A stretch of DNA of 64,000 nucleotides, taken from Paramecium tetraurelia (taxonomy: Eukaryota). Location: NCBI GenBank assembly GCA_000165425.1, contig CT868071.1, positions 7,089-71,088 on the forward strand, read 5' to 3'. Below the pieces are notes generated by a model. The model searched no databases and was not told where the DNA came from. It was given only the letters and a program-made list of their open reading frames with translations. The position numbers and the translations under genes were made by a program. The first letter of the stretch is position 1; every line of letters begins with the position of its first letter. Positions 13,630 to 26,142 of the stretch are shown piece by piece.

Positions 13630-13701
13630 TTCCGATACCGGGGATTGAACCCGGGTCCCCAGGGTGAAAACCTGATATCCTAACCACTAGACTATACCGG
13701 A
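13630..13701 (-). tRNA. tRNA-Glu (anticodon TTC)
   Basis: Minus strand TCCGGTATAGTCTAGTGGTTAGGATATCAGGTTTTCACCCTGGGGACCCGGGTTCAATCCCCGGTATCGGAA folds as a cloverleaf, with anticodon arm TCAGG-TT TTC AC-CCTGG and T-loop GGTTCAATCC. Confidence 0.97.
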
Positions 13702-14195
13702 AATGTTAATGATTTTATAAAAAACTTTTAATATTAAGCATAGCACTTAGTAGCTAACTTTACAAAAGCGATGAGTTAATAAAATATTAGAAAATTTATG
13801 TTATATAATCAAAAGGTAACGATTTACAAAAATTCTGTCTGAAATCACTTATTTACTAGAACAGTCCGGTAAATAACTTTTCCAAAAAAAGTTAAATTCA
13901 TTTATCACATTTAAAATTTATTTAGCATACTTTATATGCTAAATAATGTAATTAATTACCAGCAATTGTCTAAAAGAATTAATCATAGAACTACTAAGAA
14001 TTAATTTTAGACACAAGCCCTCAAAGTTTATTCTATTTTTCATGAATATCACTATAAAATCAGAATTGTAAGAGCTAATAAATTTGTTATTTGGTGGTGA
14101 AAGATTTATAATAATAACTCAAATGCAATAGCTGTCTAATTTCGAATGCAAATATATTCTTATATTATTTATTAATATCATTATATTTATCATAA

Positions 14196-15644
14196 ATGTC
14201 TTTCGAAATTTCAGAAAAAATGATAGTGAACACAATTGCAGGATTTGGATAAGTGATTAAACTTCCTGAAGGGCCTGCTCCAGAATAATTAATAGCGGAG
14301 GAAGAACTTCAATTAAATCATTAGCAATCAGCAGAGAAGCCAGTTATTTCTTGTCCAAGCTCTCCAGCACCACCAGAGGTAAAGGAATAAGCAAATGAAA
14401 ATGCCTAATAAGCTGATGAACTTTTAGAAAAGAAAAATGAAAAATAAATAGAGAAATAATTAGATAATCAATAGGAAAAATAAAATCAAGTTTAGGCTTA
14501 GCCTGCTAAGAATATTGCTCCCCAAAAAGATGTACCTGAAAATTTACCTAATTTGCCACCTCCATTAAATTACAGTCGATAATCTTCTTAACAACCTTCT
14601 TAAGAAAAATAATTACTAATAGCTGAGGACCCTTTACCTTTTTCGAATTCCCTTCCTTTCCAATAGTAAAGTTCGGTTGAAAGCTAGCCCTAAAATAAAA
14701 AAGCCCCAATTTTGAAGAGATTAACTTGTGATTTAAAAGAATCTTTAGCCTTAGCCAAGAAATTAGAAATTAAATATAAATACCCTTATTCTAATGATGA
14801 AAGATTAATAACTATTGATTTTTAATTAGGCCAGATTACAACAATGGTAAAGCATATCAGTAATGTGATATTTCTATTAGTCAAAACTTTTTTTGGCTAA
14901 AGGAATTACTACCTTGCTATTGTCCCTGTTAATTATACAGTGGAATAATTAAGGTCTTTTATAATTGATGGGATTGGTTAGAATTAAAAAATGTTTCACA
15001 ATATTAAGCTCATCCATCCTATGATATAACTAAAAGAATTAAAGGACTCCTAAATTAAATTATCAGAAGTAGGTTTAAAAGATTTTTCCTAACTCATATT
15101 TTTAGCAGAAATGACCTTCACATGGGATCCTATTAAAAAGGGGAAAAGCGTGATATTATCAAATAACAATCTAACAGCAAACAAAAAAGGATAATCAGAC
15201 TATCAAACTGTTCTAGGAACATTGGCTTTGAATTCTGGAAGACATTATTGGGAAATTAAAATTGAAAAGTATGTAGACGAAGAAGACATTTTTATTGGAA
15301 TAGCAAGGTAAAGTATCAATCATAAATAATTTAGAAAGGAGATTGACTTGTATACTCAACCTACTACAACTGGACACTTTTATGGGTATATTTGCTTATG
15401 TGCAAGAAAATTTGGAGCTGATGGATAGATATCTGATTATGGATATTCAGCTGTATAGAATGATACCATAGGCGTGCTGCTTGAATTCAGAAGTGGTATT
15501 GGAACTTTATCATTTTATCGTAATGGTGTAAAATGTGGAGAAGCATTTAATAATCTGACAGGTACGTTTTACCCAGCTTTGAGTATGTTTTATGGAGAAG
15601 TTTAAGTCACATTAGATTCAAAAGCTCCGCTACCAGCAAGTTGA
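14196..15644 (+). CDS. SPRY/B30.2-domain protein with a low-complexity N-terminus and a probable ubiquitin-like domain
   Basis: C-terminal FTWDP...LSNNNLT...VLGT...SGRHYWEIKIEK...IFIGIA...DTIGVLLEF...LSFYRNG...GEAFNNLTGTFYPALSM is a typical SPRY domain. Intron at 15308-15334; TGA at 15642. Confidence 0.85.
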
Positions 15645-16346
15645 ATGAAATGAATTATGATGTTATTATTATGAATTAATATTATTATTGAACTAACAAG
15701 TTTTTAACTCAACTGATTTTAAGACATCTTTTCTAATTATTATAAACTTTCAGCTCAAAAATTGGAGTGAGGTTTAATCAATAAATGAAAAATTTTAATT
15801 CTATTTTTATACACTTACTAAAATAATAATCAAATGAAATCTTACTAATTTCGTTCTAAAAAATCACACCATTTTTTGCTAATATAAATTTAAATCATTT
15901 TGATCTGAAATAGAATTTTTATGGCAAATTGAAAATGAGGAATGTAAGTATAGAAAATCAATAGGGTCTAAAATTTGAAAATGAAATTCATTATAGCTTC
16001 TATTATTAATACTAATATCAAAAAGTAATCTCCACCTCATAATTTATATGTGAAGTTCAAATTATACTAAAGTTGTAATATATCCTTCTAAATAGCTAGA
16101 TTACATATGATTATTCAGATAAATTGAACAAGGAATGTTTGGCATTTAGAAAAATAATCATCACGATCATTAGTTCAAAATAATGGTAAAATATTTTCGA
16201 ATCATAAGTAAATTTTAGTTATCAAAATAAAATATTTGATGACATTTTTGTATCAAGAATTATATCAATAAAATATTAAATTTTAAAAAATTTGAATAGA
16301 ATTGATTTAAGATTGATTTAACCTTACCCGATTAATGTTATATAAT

Positions 16347-16354
16347 TAATGTAC
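16347..16354 (-). promoter_or_regulatory. GTACATTA 3' UTR element of RPL24
   Basis: The same octamer lies shortly after the stop of both ribosomal-protein genes in the window. It matches the GUACAUUA motif I recall for Paramecium ribosomal-protein 3' UTRs. Confidence 0.75.
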
Positions 16355-16368
16355 ATAAGGTATATCTA

Positions 16369-16905
16369 TCATTTTTTTCCTTTTTATTTACCTGCAGTTT
16401 TAGCAGCTGCCTTTTAGGCTGCTTTTGTTTCAGCTTTTTGTGCAACTTTTTATGTGCTTGTTACTCCTTTTCTTTATGTTTTTTAGGCATCAATTTATTT
16501 TTATTTTCTATCTTTGATCTCTCTAGCCGCTTATTCAGCCTAAGCCTTTCTAGTTTCTAAGTTTAATAAGAAAATTTACTTTCATCTTCTTTTCTTCTTC
16601 TACGAATTTCTTCTAATGATATACCAACAATAGCTCTTTAAACTTTAAGATTTCTGATTCTTCTCTTTTTGGCGCCTTCATCAGTTTTAATTTTCTTATT
16701 TAATCTTCTCCAAGCAACAGTCCATTAGATTTCTTGGCTTTTGATCTATATAATTAATGCATTTTATTACTTTTCTAGCAGAGAAAGCTCTACTCTTTTA
16801 GTTTAAATAATAAAATAATCTGCCATCCTTAGCCACAAATCTTCTTCCATGTCCAGGGTAAATACGCCATTCACTAAATGAGCACAAATCTGTCTTAATA
16901 ACCAT
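16369..16905 (-). CDS. RPL24: 60S ribosomal protein L24 (eL24)
   Basis: MVIKTDLCSFSEWRIYPGHGRRFVAKDG...IQWTVAWRRLNKK...KVQRAIVGISLEEIRRRR; two short introns. Confidence 0.97.
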
Positions 16906-16964
16906 TTTAAATAAATATAAAAATCTTTTTAATAAAATTATTTGTTTATAATATTTCTCAAATA

Positions 16965-17400
16965 ATGTCTAAAGTAAGTTGATCACAAACAAGAGAAATA
17001 AGAAAATATGAAATAATTTATAATACTTCATTGTTTCAAAGTAATTAATCAGTATGAATAAATTATATTAAAATCAATTATTGATATTTTTAAGAAGTTG
17101 ATAAGATAAAAAATTTTTACCAGAAAGATCTGTAGATAAATTAATATTATATTAAGCAAAAGAAAACTAATAATAAGAAATTCATAGTGATTGATCTTAA
17201 TGAGTTTGACGAGTTGAATCTAAATTTAAAGGAGCATTTCTTATAATCATATCATAATTATGTTAGTATTACAGCTTTTGATCTCAGCACAATAGATGAT
17301 CTAGTTATTTTATTTACAAATTAAAAATTACAAATCAACGCTTAAACATAGAATCTAGTAAAATAATACTAATAAATTATCCTTCAAGTTCAAAGATTGA
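16965..17400 (+). CDS. Possible hypothetical protein (exon structure unresolved)
   Basis: ATG at 16965 is followed by a GTAAG donor-like site. A coding-like stretch KKFIVIDLNEFDELNLNLKEHFLQSYHNYV...ILQVQR ends in TGA at 17398-17400. Confidence 0.3.
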
Positions 17401-17636
17401 TTTAATAGTTTATATTCATTATTTTAATTTCTTTAAATTAAACTATAGAAAAAGGAATTGTCATTCTAATTTCTAGTTCACATATGTGACATTTTGAATT
17501 AAACTATTTTCTCCCTACTCATATTATTAACTAAAAGCAGAAATTCTTCTCATTTAATTGATATTATATATTTAATAGTCATTTTCGATTACATTTTTAT
17601 AACAAATTAATATGATTTATATATTTATTTACTTGA

Positions 17637-18447
17637 TCAAAAACTTAACAAATATTCTGTATCAACACCCCAAATTGGTTATCTCTATTTTTAACAACTA
17701 TTATTGTTGCTTAAAGAGAGTTCAGTTGATGCTTTACTAATTGGAGAATCACTTTAAATTCTTTATTCTAAAATGTTTTAAGTATTTACAAATTCTTATT
17801 GCACTTGATGCTCTTTTATACATTTATTTTAGAATTTTGCTGCATTTCGGGTTTTAGGATTCTTGTAGAATATCCTGTACTCTAACAAACGAAGTTAAGT
17901 CTCTAGATTTATAACTTATTAATAAATCAGCATTGAGAAGGTTCTTTCTATACCAATTATCCATTTCTACACAGGAAAAGGGTCCTTTAGTTTTTTTAAT
18001 ATAATGAAATACCTTAAATGTTATTGATATTGTCTAAATAGTACCAATTTCGTATAATTAAAGATTGAAAATGAGAATATCTTGAAAAAGAAAAAGGACT
18101 CATGTTAGTTTTAGCTACAGGCCATTCTTAAGAGATATTAATATTGTAATTACTTTAAGGGAAAAAAGTTCTAATTTTTCCTTTAGAATTCTTTGATTAA
18201 GCAGACCTGAATAATTAAGCAGAAAGTTATGGAGTAGTAGTTTGACTAAGAGCAGACATAAAAATTAGTCCATTTTCAGTTACTATAATCGAAATACCAC
18301 TAATTTACTTTCAGATAAGTTTGTGGCTAAAGGAGGTTATTATTCATCAGTAAAGTAATCTGGAAAGTCATTTAGTAAGTTTTTTGGTATTAAACAGTCG
18401 ACCTATTCATATCCAAGTAGCTCTAAAGCTTCTTTCTTATAATTCAT
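17637..18447 (-). CDS. GYF-domain protein
   Basis: WYYLDNINNIQG|PFSCVEMDNWYRKNLLNADLLI is the GYF signature W-x-Y-x-D...QGPF...M-x-x-W, with the GYF tripeptide replaced by NLL. Ends ...PIWGVDTEYLLSF-TGA. Confidence 0.75.
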
Positions 18448-18991
18448 TTTATTATATATATAATTATATTTATGTATTTATTTGTTTAATTTTTATGAAT
18501 AAAATGTAATTTTCCTTATATTTAGAAACGCTTTCACAAAATTCTATTTCTCAAGATCACTTTTGGTCTTAAAAATCAACTATTTTTTTTCGTAAATTCT
18601 TAACAAATTTTATTCTATAATTTTTAGTATGATATTATTCTTTTTAATTAAATTATTATTGCAATTTTGATTTTATTATTTAGACAAGAAGCAGAGATTG
18701 TATCTTAATATTTTGAATTTGTATTATGTTTTATATCTTAAATTAATAACGATCATTACTCAAGACTAGAACTTCATTCATGAATATCTTCTGATTCTTA
18801 TTTGTACTGAAGAGTTTTGTAACTGATTCCTTTTAAAGTAACTACAAATGAAGAATACGTAGATAGATTATAGGAAAAAGTTAATGCAGAAGTAAAAATT
18901 CAATATGAATAGAATGATTAAAACTGATTATTAAATTATGTTTTTTTATATTATAAAAATGTAAATTATTTCTGAATTGAAACTACTAAAT

Positions 18992-19620
18992 TCATTTAGA
19001 TTTCTTTATGTTTTTTATCGCTTATTCTATAACACATAGGAGTTCATCGAATTTATTAGTCTTAGCAATTTTAAGTGATTAGGAGCGATTAATTTGAGAT
19101 TAAAATAATTATCCTAAATGTTCCCACTCAACACCACCATACTTATAGTACATTATAAAAGTTAGTTTGAGAAGTGGTTTTTAATCTTGAATTTGATTAA
19201 TGAAGTGCTATATGGAATTCAATTGATTGAGAGCTTACGTATGTTGGCCAGAGGTGAACAAGATAGTCTCTAAACTCATTCGACTAGAGACAATACTAAT
19301 AGAATCTCTGGGTTCTAATTTATATTCTAATTCTATAAAATATTTAATAGTTTTAACAGCTACATGATAGTTTTCTTTGACCTTATATTGTTAAGCAATA
19401 TATTGTAGCAACTGTATTTCATATTTAATGTATGTATTTCTATCTAATATGTTTGACATGGTTTTGTGTGTCAATAAATCAAAAGCCTTGGATAATATGA
19501 AGGGATCTTCCGAGTTCAAGTTCTTAATGTAGTCATAAAGCAATTCATCAAAATGAAATGGTAACTACTCAAGAAGTACTTTGACTGGGTAATCTGATTT
19601 ATTTTCAGAGACATAAACCA
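18992..19620 (-). pseudogene. Degenerate TPR-like gene with frameshifts
   Basis: Coding-like segments occur in different frames (IAYDYIKNLNSEDPFILSKAFDLL...; NYHVAVKTIKYFIELE...SGQHTQALNQL...MYYKYGGVEWEHLGQ...SLKIAK...KSK-TGA). They cannot be joined without frameshifts, and no obvious introns explain the shifts. Confidence 0.45.
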
Positions 19621-19713
19621 AACAAAGTATGATTATTTTTTCTCAAAAAAGAGGATTCTTCAGATTATAAACATTGTAAATAGTCTGCAATAACTTATTT
19701 TATTACATTTTAT

Positions 19714-21540
19714 ATGCAAAAGATAAATAATAAGCTCAATCTTTTAAGAGAGTTGATGGCTCAAAGGTCCATCCAGGCTTATTTAGTGCCTCACAGCGAT
19801 GCTCATGACGTAAAACTAAGTATTAAAATAATAGTCTGAATATACATCTGACTCAGATGAACGATTAGCTTTTATTTCAGGATTTGATGGAAGTGCAGGA
19901 ATAGGACTAATCACTAATTCAATAGCTTACTTGTGGACTGATTCAAGATACTATTTGTAAGCTGCAAAATAATTGGAGCACGGATGGGAATTATAGAAAT
20001 TGGAACCTGGTGTGCCAACATGGGTGGAACATGCTAAGGCTAATTTGAAAGGACAAGCAATAGGCTATGATCCCCTATTGATTAGTCATTGTATTATTAC
20101 CTTAATAATTTTAAGAGCTCAGAAAATCAAGGGGAGCCTCATTGGAAGATGTACAATTCAAAGCAATCAATGAAAATTTGATTGATTTGATTTGGACAAA
20201 CAAACCTCAAGATTCTTTATCTGAGGTCATTATCCATGAATTAGAGTATCACCAATACCCGACAACAAAAAAGATTTCTTAAATATTTGAAAATCTAAAA
20301 GGGAAAAACGCAAAATCTATTCTTATTTCTAAGTTAGATTAAATAGCATGGGTTTTAAATTTAAGAGGAAAGGATATTAAATTTAATCCATTATTTAAGA
20401 GTTACTTATATCTAAAGGATGATAATTCTGGAACTTTGTTTATCAATCCAATCAAGGTCAACTAGTAAGTCAAATAATACTTAACTGATAACAACATTTA
20501 AATAAAATCAATCTCAGATGTATTTGAGGAGAAATTCGTTAATGCTGCTATAACTCCAGGTGAAATCAATGATAGATTAATTCAACAAGTTGAAGATCCA
20601 ATAGTTTTGAATGCATGTCCAATTGAACTCCTAAAAGCTATTAAAAATGAAAGAGAAATCTAAGGATTTAAGGAATCACATATAAGAGATGGGGCTGCCT
20701 TGGTACATTACATAGGATGGCTTGAAAAACAACTCCTTGATGGCGCAGTGTTAGATGAATTTTAAGCAGCTGAAGTGTTGGCTCAATATCGTTATAAATA
20801 AAGTCGCAATATGGGATTATCATTTGATTCCATTTCCAGCAGTGGAGCCAATGCTGCTATAGTTCATTATCATCCAACTGAGAACAACAAATCTGTCATA
20901 AATCCTAATCACATCTATTTGATTGATTCTGGTGGTTAATACTTAGATGGAACCACTGATGTCACCAGAACTTATCACTTCACATAACCAACGATAGAAG
21001 AAAGGAATGCATATACCAGAGTGCTTTTAGGCAATTTGGATATAGAAAGATTGAAATGGCCAAAGAAGAGTAAGATTCACGGAGGAGACATGGATGTATT
21101 AGCTAGAAGATGGTTATGGGAAGCTAATTTAGATTATGGACATGGCACTGGTCATGGAGTTGGATATTTCTTAAATGTTCATGAAGGACCTCATGGAATT
21201 AGTAAATACAGAACTGAAGTATTTCAACCTGGTATGATTGTATCTAATGGTAAAATAAATTTATTATCCATTTTTAGAGCCTGGATACTATGAAGAAGGG
21301 AAGTTTGGCATAAGAATTGAGAATTTGATTCTCTGTGTCCAAGCCAATGATCAATTCTTAGGATTTGAGAACATAACCTATTGTCCATATGACAGAAACC
21401 TAATCAATTTAGATTTGTTGAGTCCCAAAGACAGACAATATATCGATTAATATCATGTTTTGGTTAGAAAAACATTGTTACCATTGATGGAAGAATAAAC
21501 AGCTAAAGATTGGTTATTGAAAATGACAGAGCCATTATGA
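19714..21540 (+). CDS. XPNPEP1: Xaa-Pro aminopeptidase 1 (aminopeptidase P, M24B)
   Basis: [13 protein letters not shown]...[67 protein letters not shown]. Confidence 0.95.
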
Positions 21541-21793
21541 GGAACATTAAATAATATACATTTATTCGAATTTATTTTATAATGTCTTACCTTTTCTGAT
21601 TTATTGAGTCCAAGTAGAGAATCTCATTACTAAAATCTCAATATTTATATAACATTAAATTTTTGAAGAAATTTATTCAAATTGTTTTCTTTAAATCACT
21701 CACTTTCATTTAATTCCTCCAAGTATTACTTGATTTCATAGAAAGTACAAATTTATTAATTAATTAAATTATTTATAATTAACGATCAAATAA

Positions 21794-22316
21794 ATGGAAA
21801 ACGAAAGTTATTTCAAGACTGTTACTTCTATTAAATCTAATCGTTCAGAATATGAGCTTAGCAAACCTATGAAATCCCATGATAGACCTTTGAAGGAATC
21901 TGATCTTGCTTTGTACTAAGCTGCAAGGGAGAAATGCGCTAACAAATAAAATGAAAAATTATCTACCCCTTTATTTTAAGTTACTACCCTAATTACAAAT
22001 GCAGCTCCTCTTCACAAACCCACAGTAAAGACTACTCAATTTAGCAATTAACCAACTAGTGTTTTTGATGTATCCAATTATAATACTTTAGTTTACTGAT
22101 AATCGTAAGGAATAAAATTTTAAGCCTCACTGTATCAAGGTTACTGAGCCTGGAAACAACTCGGATTTAGTTTACAAGTAATAATTAAAAACTTCCAATC
22201 TCCCAAATAGAGAAAATCTATATCGTAATCCTATTACTAATGGAGATCCAAAGAGTGAATATAATAGAAGCACCAAAACTCCCTTTCCAAAAAACCAAAT
22301 AAACTTTGTTGGTTGA
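21794..22316 (+). CDS. Hypothetical protein
   Basis: MENESYFKTVTSIKSNRSEYELSKPMK... ends ...RNPITNGDPKSEYNRSTKTPFPKNQINFVG-TGA. Probable short introns; no domain recognised. Confidence 0.6.
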
Positions 22317-22791
22317 ATTATATATATTCTAAATTATATCTATATTTACACAGAATAATATTAAATTAATTTAAAAAGATCTATTTAACTAAGAAACTTT
22401 ACTAACTCTACTTAATTTTATGTTGGTCAATTCTAAAAATTAAATACTTCATAGTATAGTGATTTCCACATATATATTTAAGGAAAGATATACTTCATAT
22501 TTATTTCAATTTAACTTACTGATTTCAGTTTTTTTTATTTTTTTCTCTTATACAATTCACTCTCCTTCTAAAATATTTCAAATAATATAATAAAATCTTC
22601 ATATTTCTATTTGTTTTATGCATCAAATTAAATTATATATATATTTTTTCCTTAATCACATAGTAAATGTTCTTTATTTTAAATAGAAGCTGAAATAAAA
22701 TGGTAGACTTTCTGATAATTTACTTTAAGCAGCCCCTACTGAGTTCTATTTAGAGTATAAATTTGGATAATAATAGTGACATACAATGATA

Positions 22792-23163
22792 GATATATTC
22801 TGTCAGATCATGGCAGGAGTGCAATATTAACATAATTAAGGGATAGTCAATTGGTATAATCGATTAAAATTGCAATGGTAGAATTGATTATTAGGGTAAA
22901 AATTGTTATCTTTCAAAATAGAATTCATCTTTAGCGACTATAAATTAAATGAAATACTTTAATCAAGAAAAATCATTAACGCTATTCTAACAAATAGATA
23001 GAGACCATAGAGGATAATTAAGCAATTATAAGTAAAGAAACTTTTGAGAGAAATACATATACCAAAAGAGAAATTAGATAATTTATCAAAGCAATTAGAT
23101 TAAAATGGATATGGTTAAATTACTTAAGAAGAATTCTTATAGAAAATGTTGCAGCTATTCTGA
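22792..23163 (+). pseudogene. Internally deleted, frameshifted Ca2+-dependent protein kinase (CDPK) relic
   Basis: A kinase alphaE fragment (DIFCQIMAGVQYQHNQGIVN) is joined out of frame to EF-hands IDQNCNGRIDYQ|EFI, IDRDHRGQLS and LDQNGYGQITQEEFL. There is an upstream in-frame TGA at 22777 and a retained intron at 22896-22921. Confidence 0.7.
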
Positions 23164-23448
23164 ATTTGTAGTTTAATTTTCGACATTTATTGTAGTTTTA
23201 GAATTTATAAGTGTTATAAATAATTTTTAATAGAATTGTATTAATTATTCAAATCATTGGTTAACTATGAATATGAATTTTAAAATAGTTATTAATTGAT
23301 TGAGAAGAAACGATATCTAAACATGTTGAATATTGAATGCAAATTATATTATTCATTTAATCTGAATTATATTTATGTATCATGTATAGTATGCTACCAA
23401 AATATTTGAAAATTTACATTATATTTAATATAAGTTATACATAAATAA

Positions 23449-23894
23449 ATGGCAAAATAAGGTTGGGGATTTTCTGGAAACAATGTCAAATTAAATACAA
23501 ATAAGTAAGGTTAATAAGAGATTTAGTCGGGTGGAAAAGAAGTTAAATATTTGGGAAACAGCTGGAAAAGCTGATGACATTTAATATATTCCTGATGCTG
23601 AGGAGGAAAAGAAACCTTAAAATCAGGTTTCAGATGCTGGAGTGGTTTTAGGTTAAAAGTTATAAAATATTAATGAATTGCAGAATTTAGCAAAAATATC
23701 ATCCTTGCCTTAACCAGTACTTACAATAAAGAATTTAAATTTAGGCTGATGATATTGATTTTAGTATTTTGACGTAAGTATTGAGGCCGACAGAAGAAGT
23801 ATAAGAAGTTGATGAATAGTGGGAATTTTCGAAATTAAAAACTGAAATGCAGGAGATTGTGAATAAGCTCTACAGCAATAAAGCAAATTCTTGA
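23449..23894 (+). CDS. IFT43: Intraflagellar transport protein 43 (IFT-A subunit)
   Basis: After removing two short introns it reads ...YIPDAEEE...QVSDA...DIDFSILTQVLRPTEEVQEVDEQWEFSKLKTEM, matching the IFT43 C-terminal signature (IPDLEE...IDLxLLTxVLxP...D..W.W..L.TE). Confidence 0.8.
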
Positions 23895-23919
23895 ATTATA
23901 TGAATTAATATTATATAAA

Positions 23920-25357
23920 ATGCCAAGAGAATTGATATTTGTTTAGGTGGGCTAATGTGGAAATCAAATAGGGATGAGATTCTGGGATTTGGCCTTGAAA
24001 GAACATGCCAAAGCAAAGTAATCCCTTCTGTATGATGAATCATTGTCTTCCTTTTTCAGAAATGTGAATTCAAAAAATTAGGAATTGAAGATAGGAGACC
24101 CCATTCAAAATTTAAAAGCCAGGGCTTTGATTGTAGACATGGAGGAGGGCGTGATAAATTAAATAATGAAAAGTCCTTTGGGAGAATTATTTGAGGAAAG
24201 ATAATGTATTAATGATGTATCAGGAGCAGGAAATAATTGGGCTCATGGATTCTATCATTATGGCAATTAATATGAAAAGCATATTGAGGAGAGATTAAGA
24301 AAGACTGTCGAACAGTGCGATTCATTGCAATGTTTTTTTATGACTCATTCGATTGGTGGAGGTACAGGTTCTGGCTTGGGATCTAGAATTGTGGGATGTA
24401 TTAAACAAATTAAATGATATGATAGTATTGGAAGATAATTACCCTGAAGTTTTTCGATTTACAGCATCTGTATTTCCATCTGGCGATGACGATGTTGTTA
24501 CATCTCCTTACAATAGTTTGTTCAGTTTATACGAGTTAGCCAAACATGCTGATTGTGTGTTTCCAATTGATAATTAAGCATTGATTAACATTGTGGATTA
24601 AATAGATAAACCAAACAAGGCAAGATTGGTAAAAGAAAATGCTCATGAGGGAAGTGTAGGCATAAAGATTACATAATTCGGAGAAGAGGAGAAGAGATAA
24701 AAGCCTTTTGATAAAATGAACAGCTTGATTGCACATCTATTAAGTCATATAACATGTTCGATGAGATTCGAAGGAGCCTTAAATGTAGATCTCAATGAAA
24801 TCACGATGAATCTGGTACCATATCCAGACTTGCACTTTCTTATCTCTTCAATGGCTCCATTGTATAGTCTTCTAGATTCCAAATTGTAACCAAGAAGATT
24901 AGACTAGATGTTCAATGATATTTACCATCCTGATTTTCAAATGATCACAGGACAACCGTCACTTCATAAATACTTAGCTGTGGGACTTTTAGTTAGGGGA
25001 GATGTTGCATTTTCAGATGTGAATAGAAATATTAAGAAATTAAAAGATTAATTGAAAATGATTTATTGGAATCAAGAAGGTTTCAAATATGGAATCTGTA
25101 ATCAACCTCCAATTGGTTAACAATACTCAATGTTATGTTTGGCAAATAACACTTGTATTAAAGACACTTTCTAAGAAATGACAGATAGATTCTAGAAACT
25201 CTACAAGAGAAAGGTTTACGTTCATCATTACAAGTAATATATGGAGCAGTCCCATTTTGATGAGACCTTAAATGGAATATAAAATTTAATGGTTAAATAT
25301 TAAGATTTAGAAATGGCCTAACCAAAGAAATACTAAAGAATTTAACCAATATTTTGA
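23920..25357 (+). CDS. TUBE1: Epsilon-tubulin
   Basis: [30 protein letters not shown]...[66 protein letters not shown]. One short intron near 24396. Confidence 0.95.
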
Positions 25358-26142
25358 AAGATTGTGATATTAATTAATTTTTAATAAATTATAATTAAAG
25401 GTTTATTCATAAATTCTAAAAACGTAGATATAACAAATTTAAGTGTTTTCCTGCATTATGTTGTAAAGGCGCTACTTGTAAAAGAATAGAGAAATGCAAC
25501 CTTTAATATTTTGAATCGAAATAATTGTATCAAGCTGCATTTGAAGATATTTTTGATCACTTATTTTTAAATCATTTAACCTTACATCCATTGTTTATTT
25601 TAAATTAGAAATAGGGAAAAAATAAATAAATATAAACTTAGTATTAACTAAAACTATAACAATTGAGAAATAAAGAAGTAGATTTTGAATAATACAGTTT
25701 TATAATAAAATATTCTTTAGAATGTAAATTCTTATGATCCTTAGAGTTAGAATTTTGAGAGTGGAGTCAGTCCTAGTAAGATTAATGCGTTTATGTAACC
25801 AAAAAATAGTGAAATTTTTTTCTCAGATTTCACAATTATATCTATTATTTTACATTATTTATATTTAATATTTAATAAACTAAAGTGTAAAATCTCAAAA
25901 TTCAACAACTTAAAATAAAGAAAAAGATGTGAAAATCAATTAATAACAAAAAGTACTAATTTAGATTAAAAAATACATACCAGAAATAAAATTGATTAAA
26001 TTAAACTTTAATTGAACAGTTGTTTGAAGCGAAATAAATTAAAAATAAAATAGATTCTTTGGAAATTTATTAATATATTAATGTGAGACATATTGTTTAA
26101 AATTAAGTATTAAAATGATTTAATATTATTGTAAATAATAAA

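Noticed and set aside
13630..13701. Possible suppressor-type tRNA-Gln (UUA/CUA) serving the ciliate code
   Set aside because: The anticodon reads TTC, an ordinary tRNA-Glu.
19148..19156. A further GTACATTA on the plus strand
   Set aside because: It is not downstream of a plus-strand stop of any supported gene; consistent with chance.
25400..25840. Coding-like fragments between epsilon-tubulin and the Kelch gene
   Set aside because: Short frames without a start or a convincing motif; a gene or pseudogene call cannot be supported.
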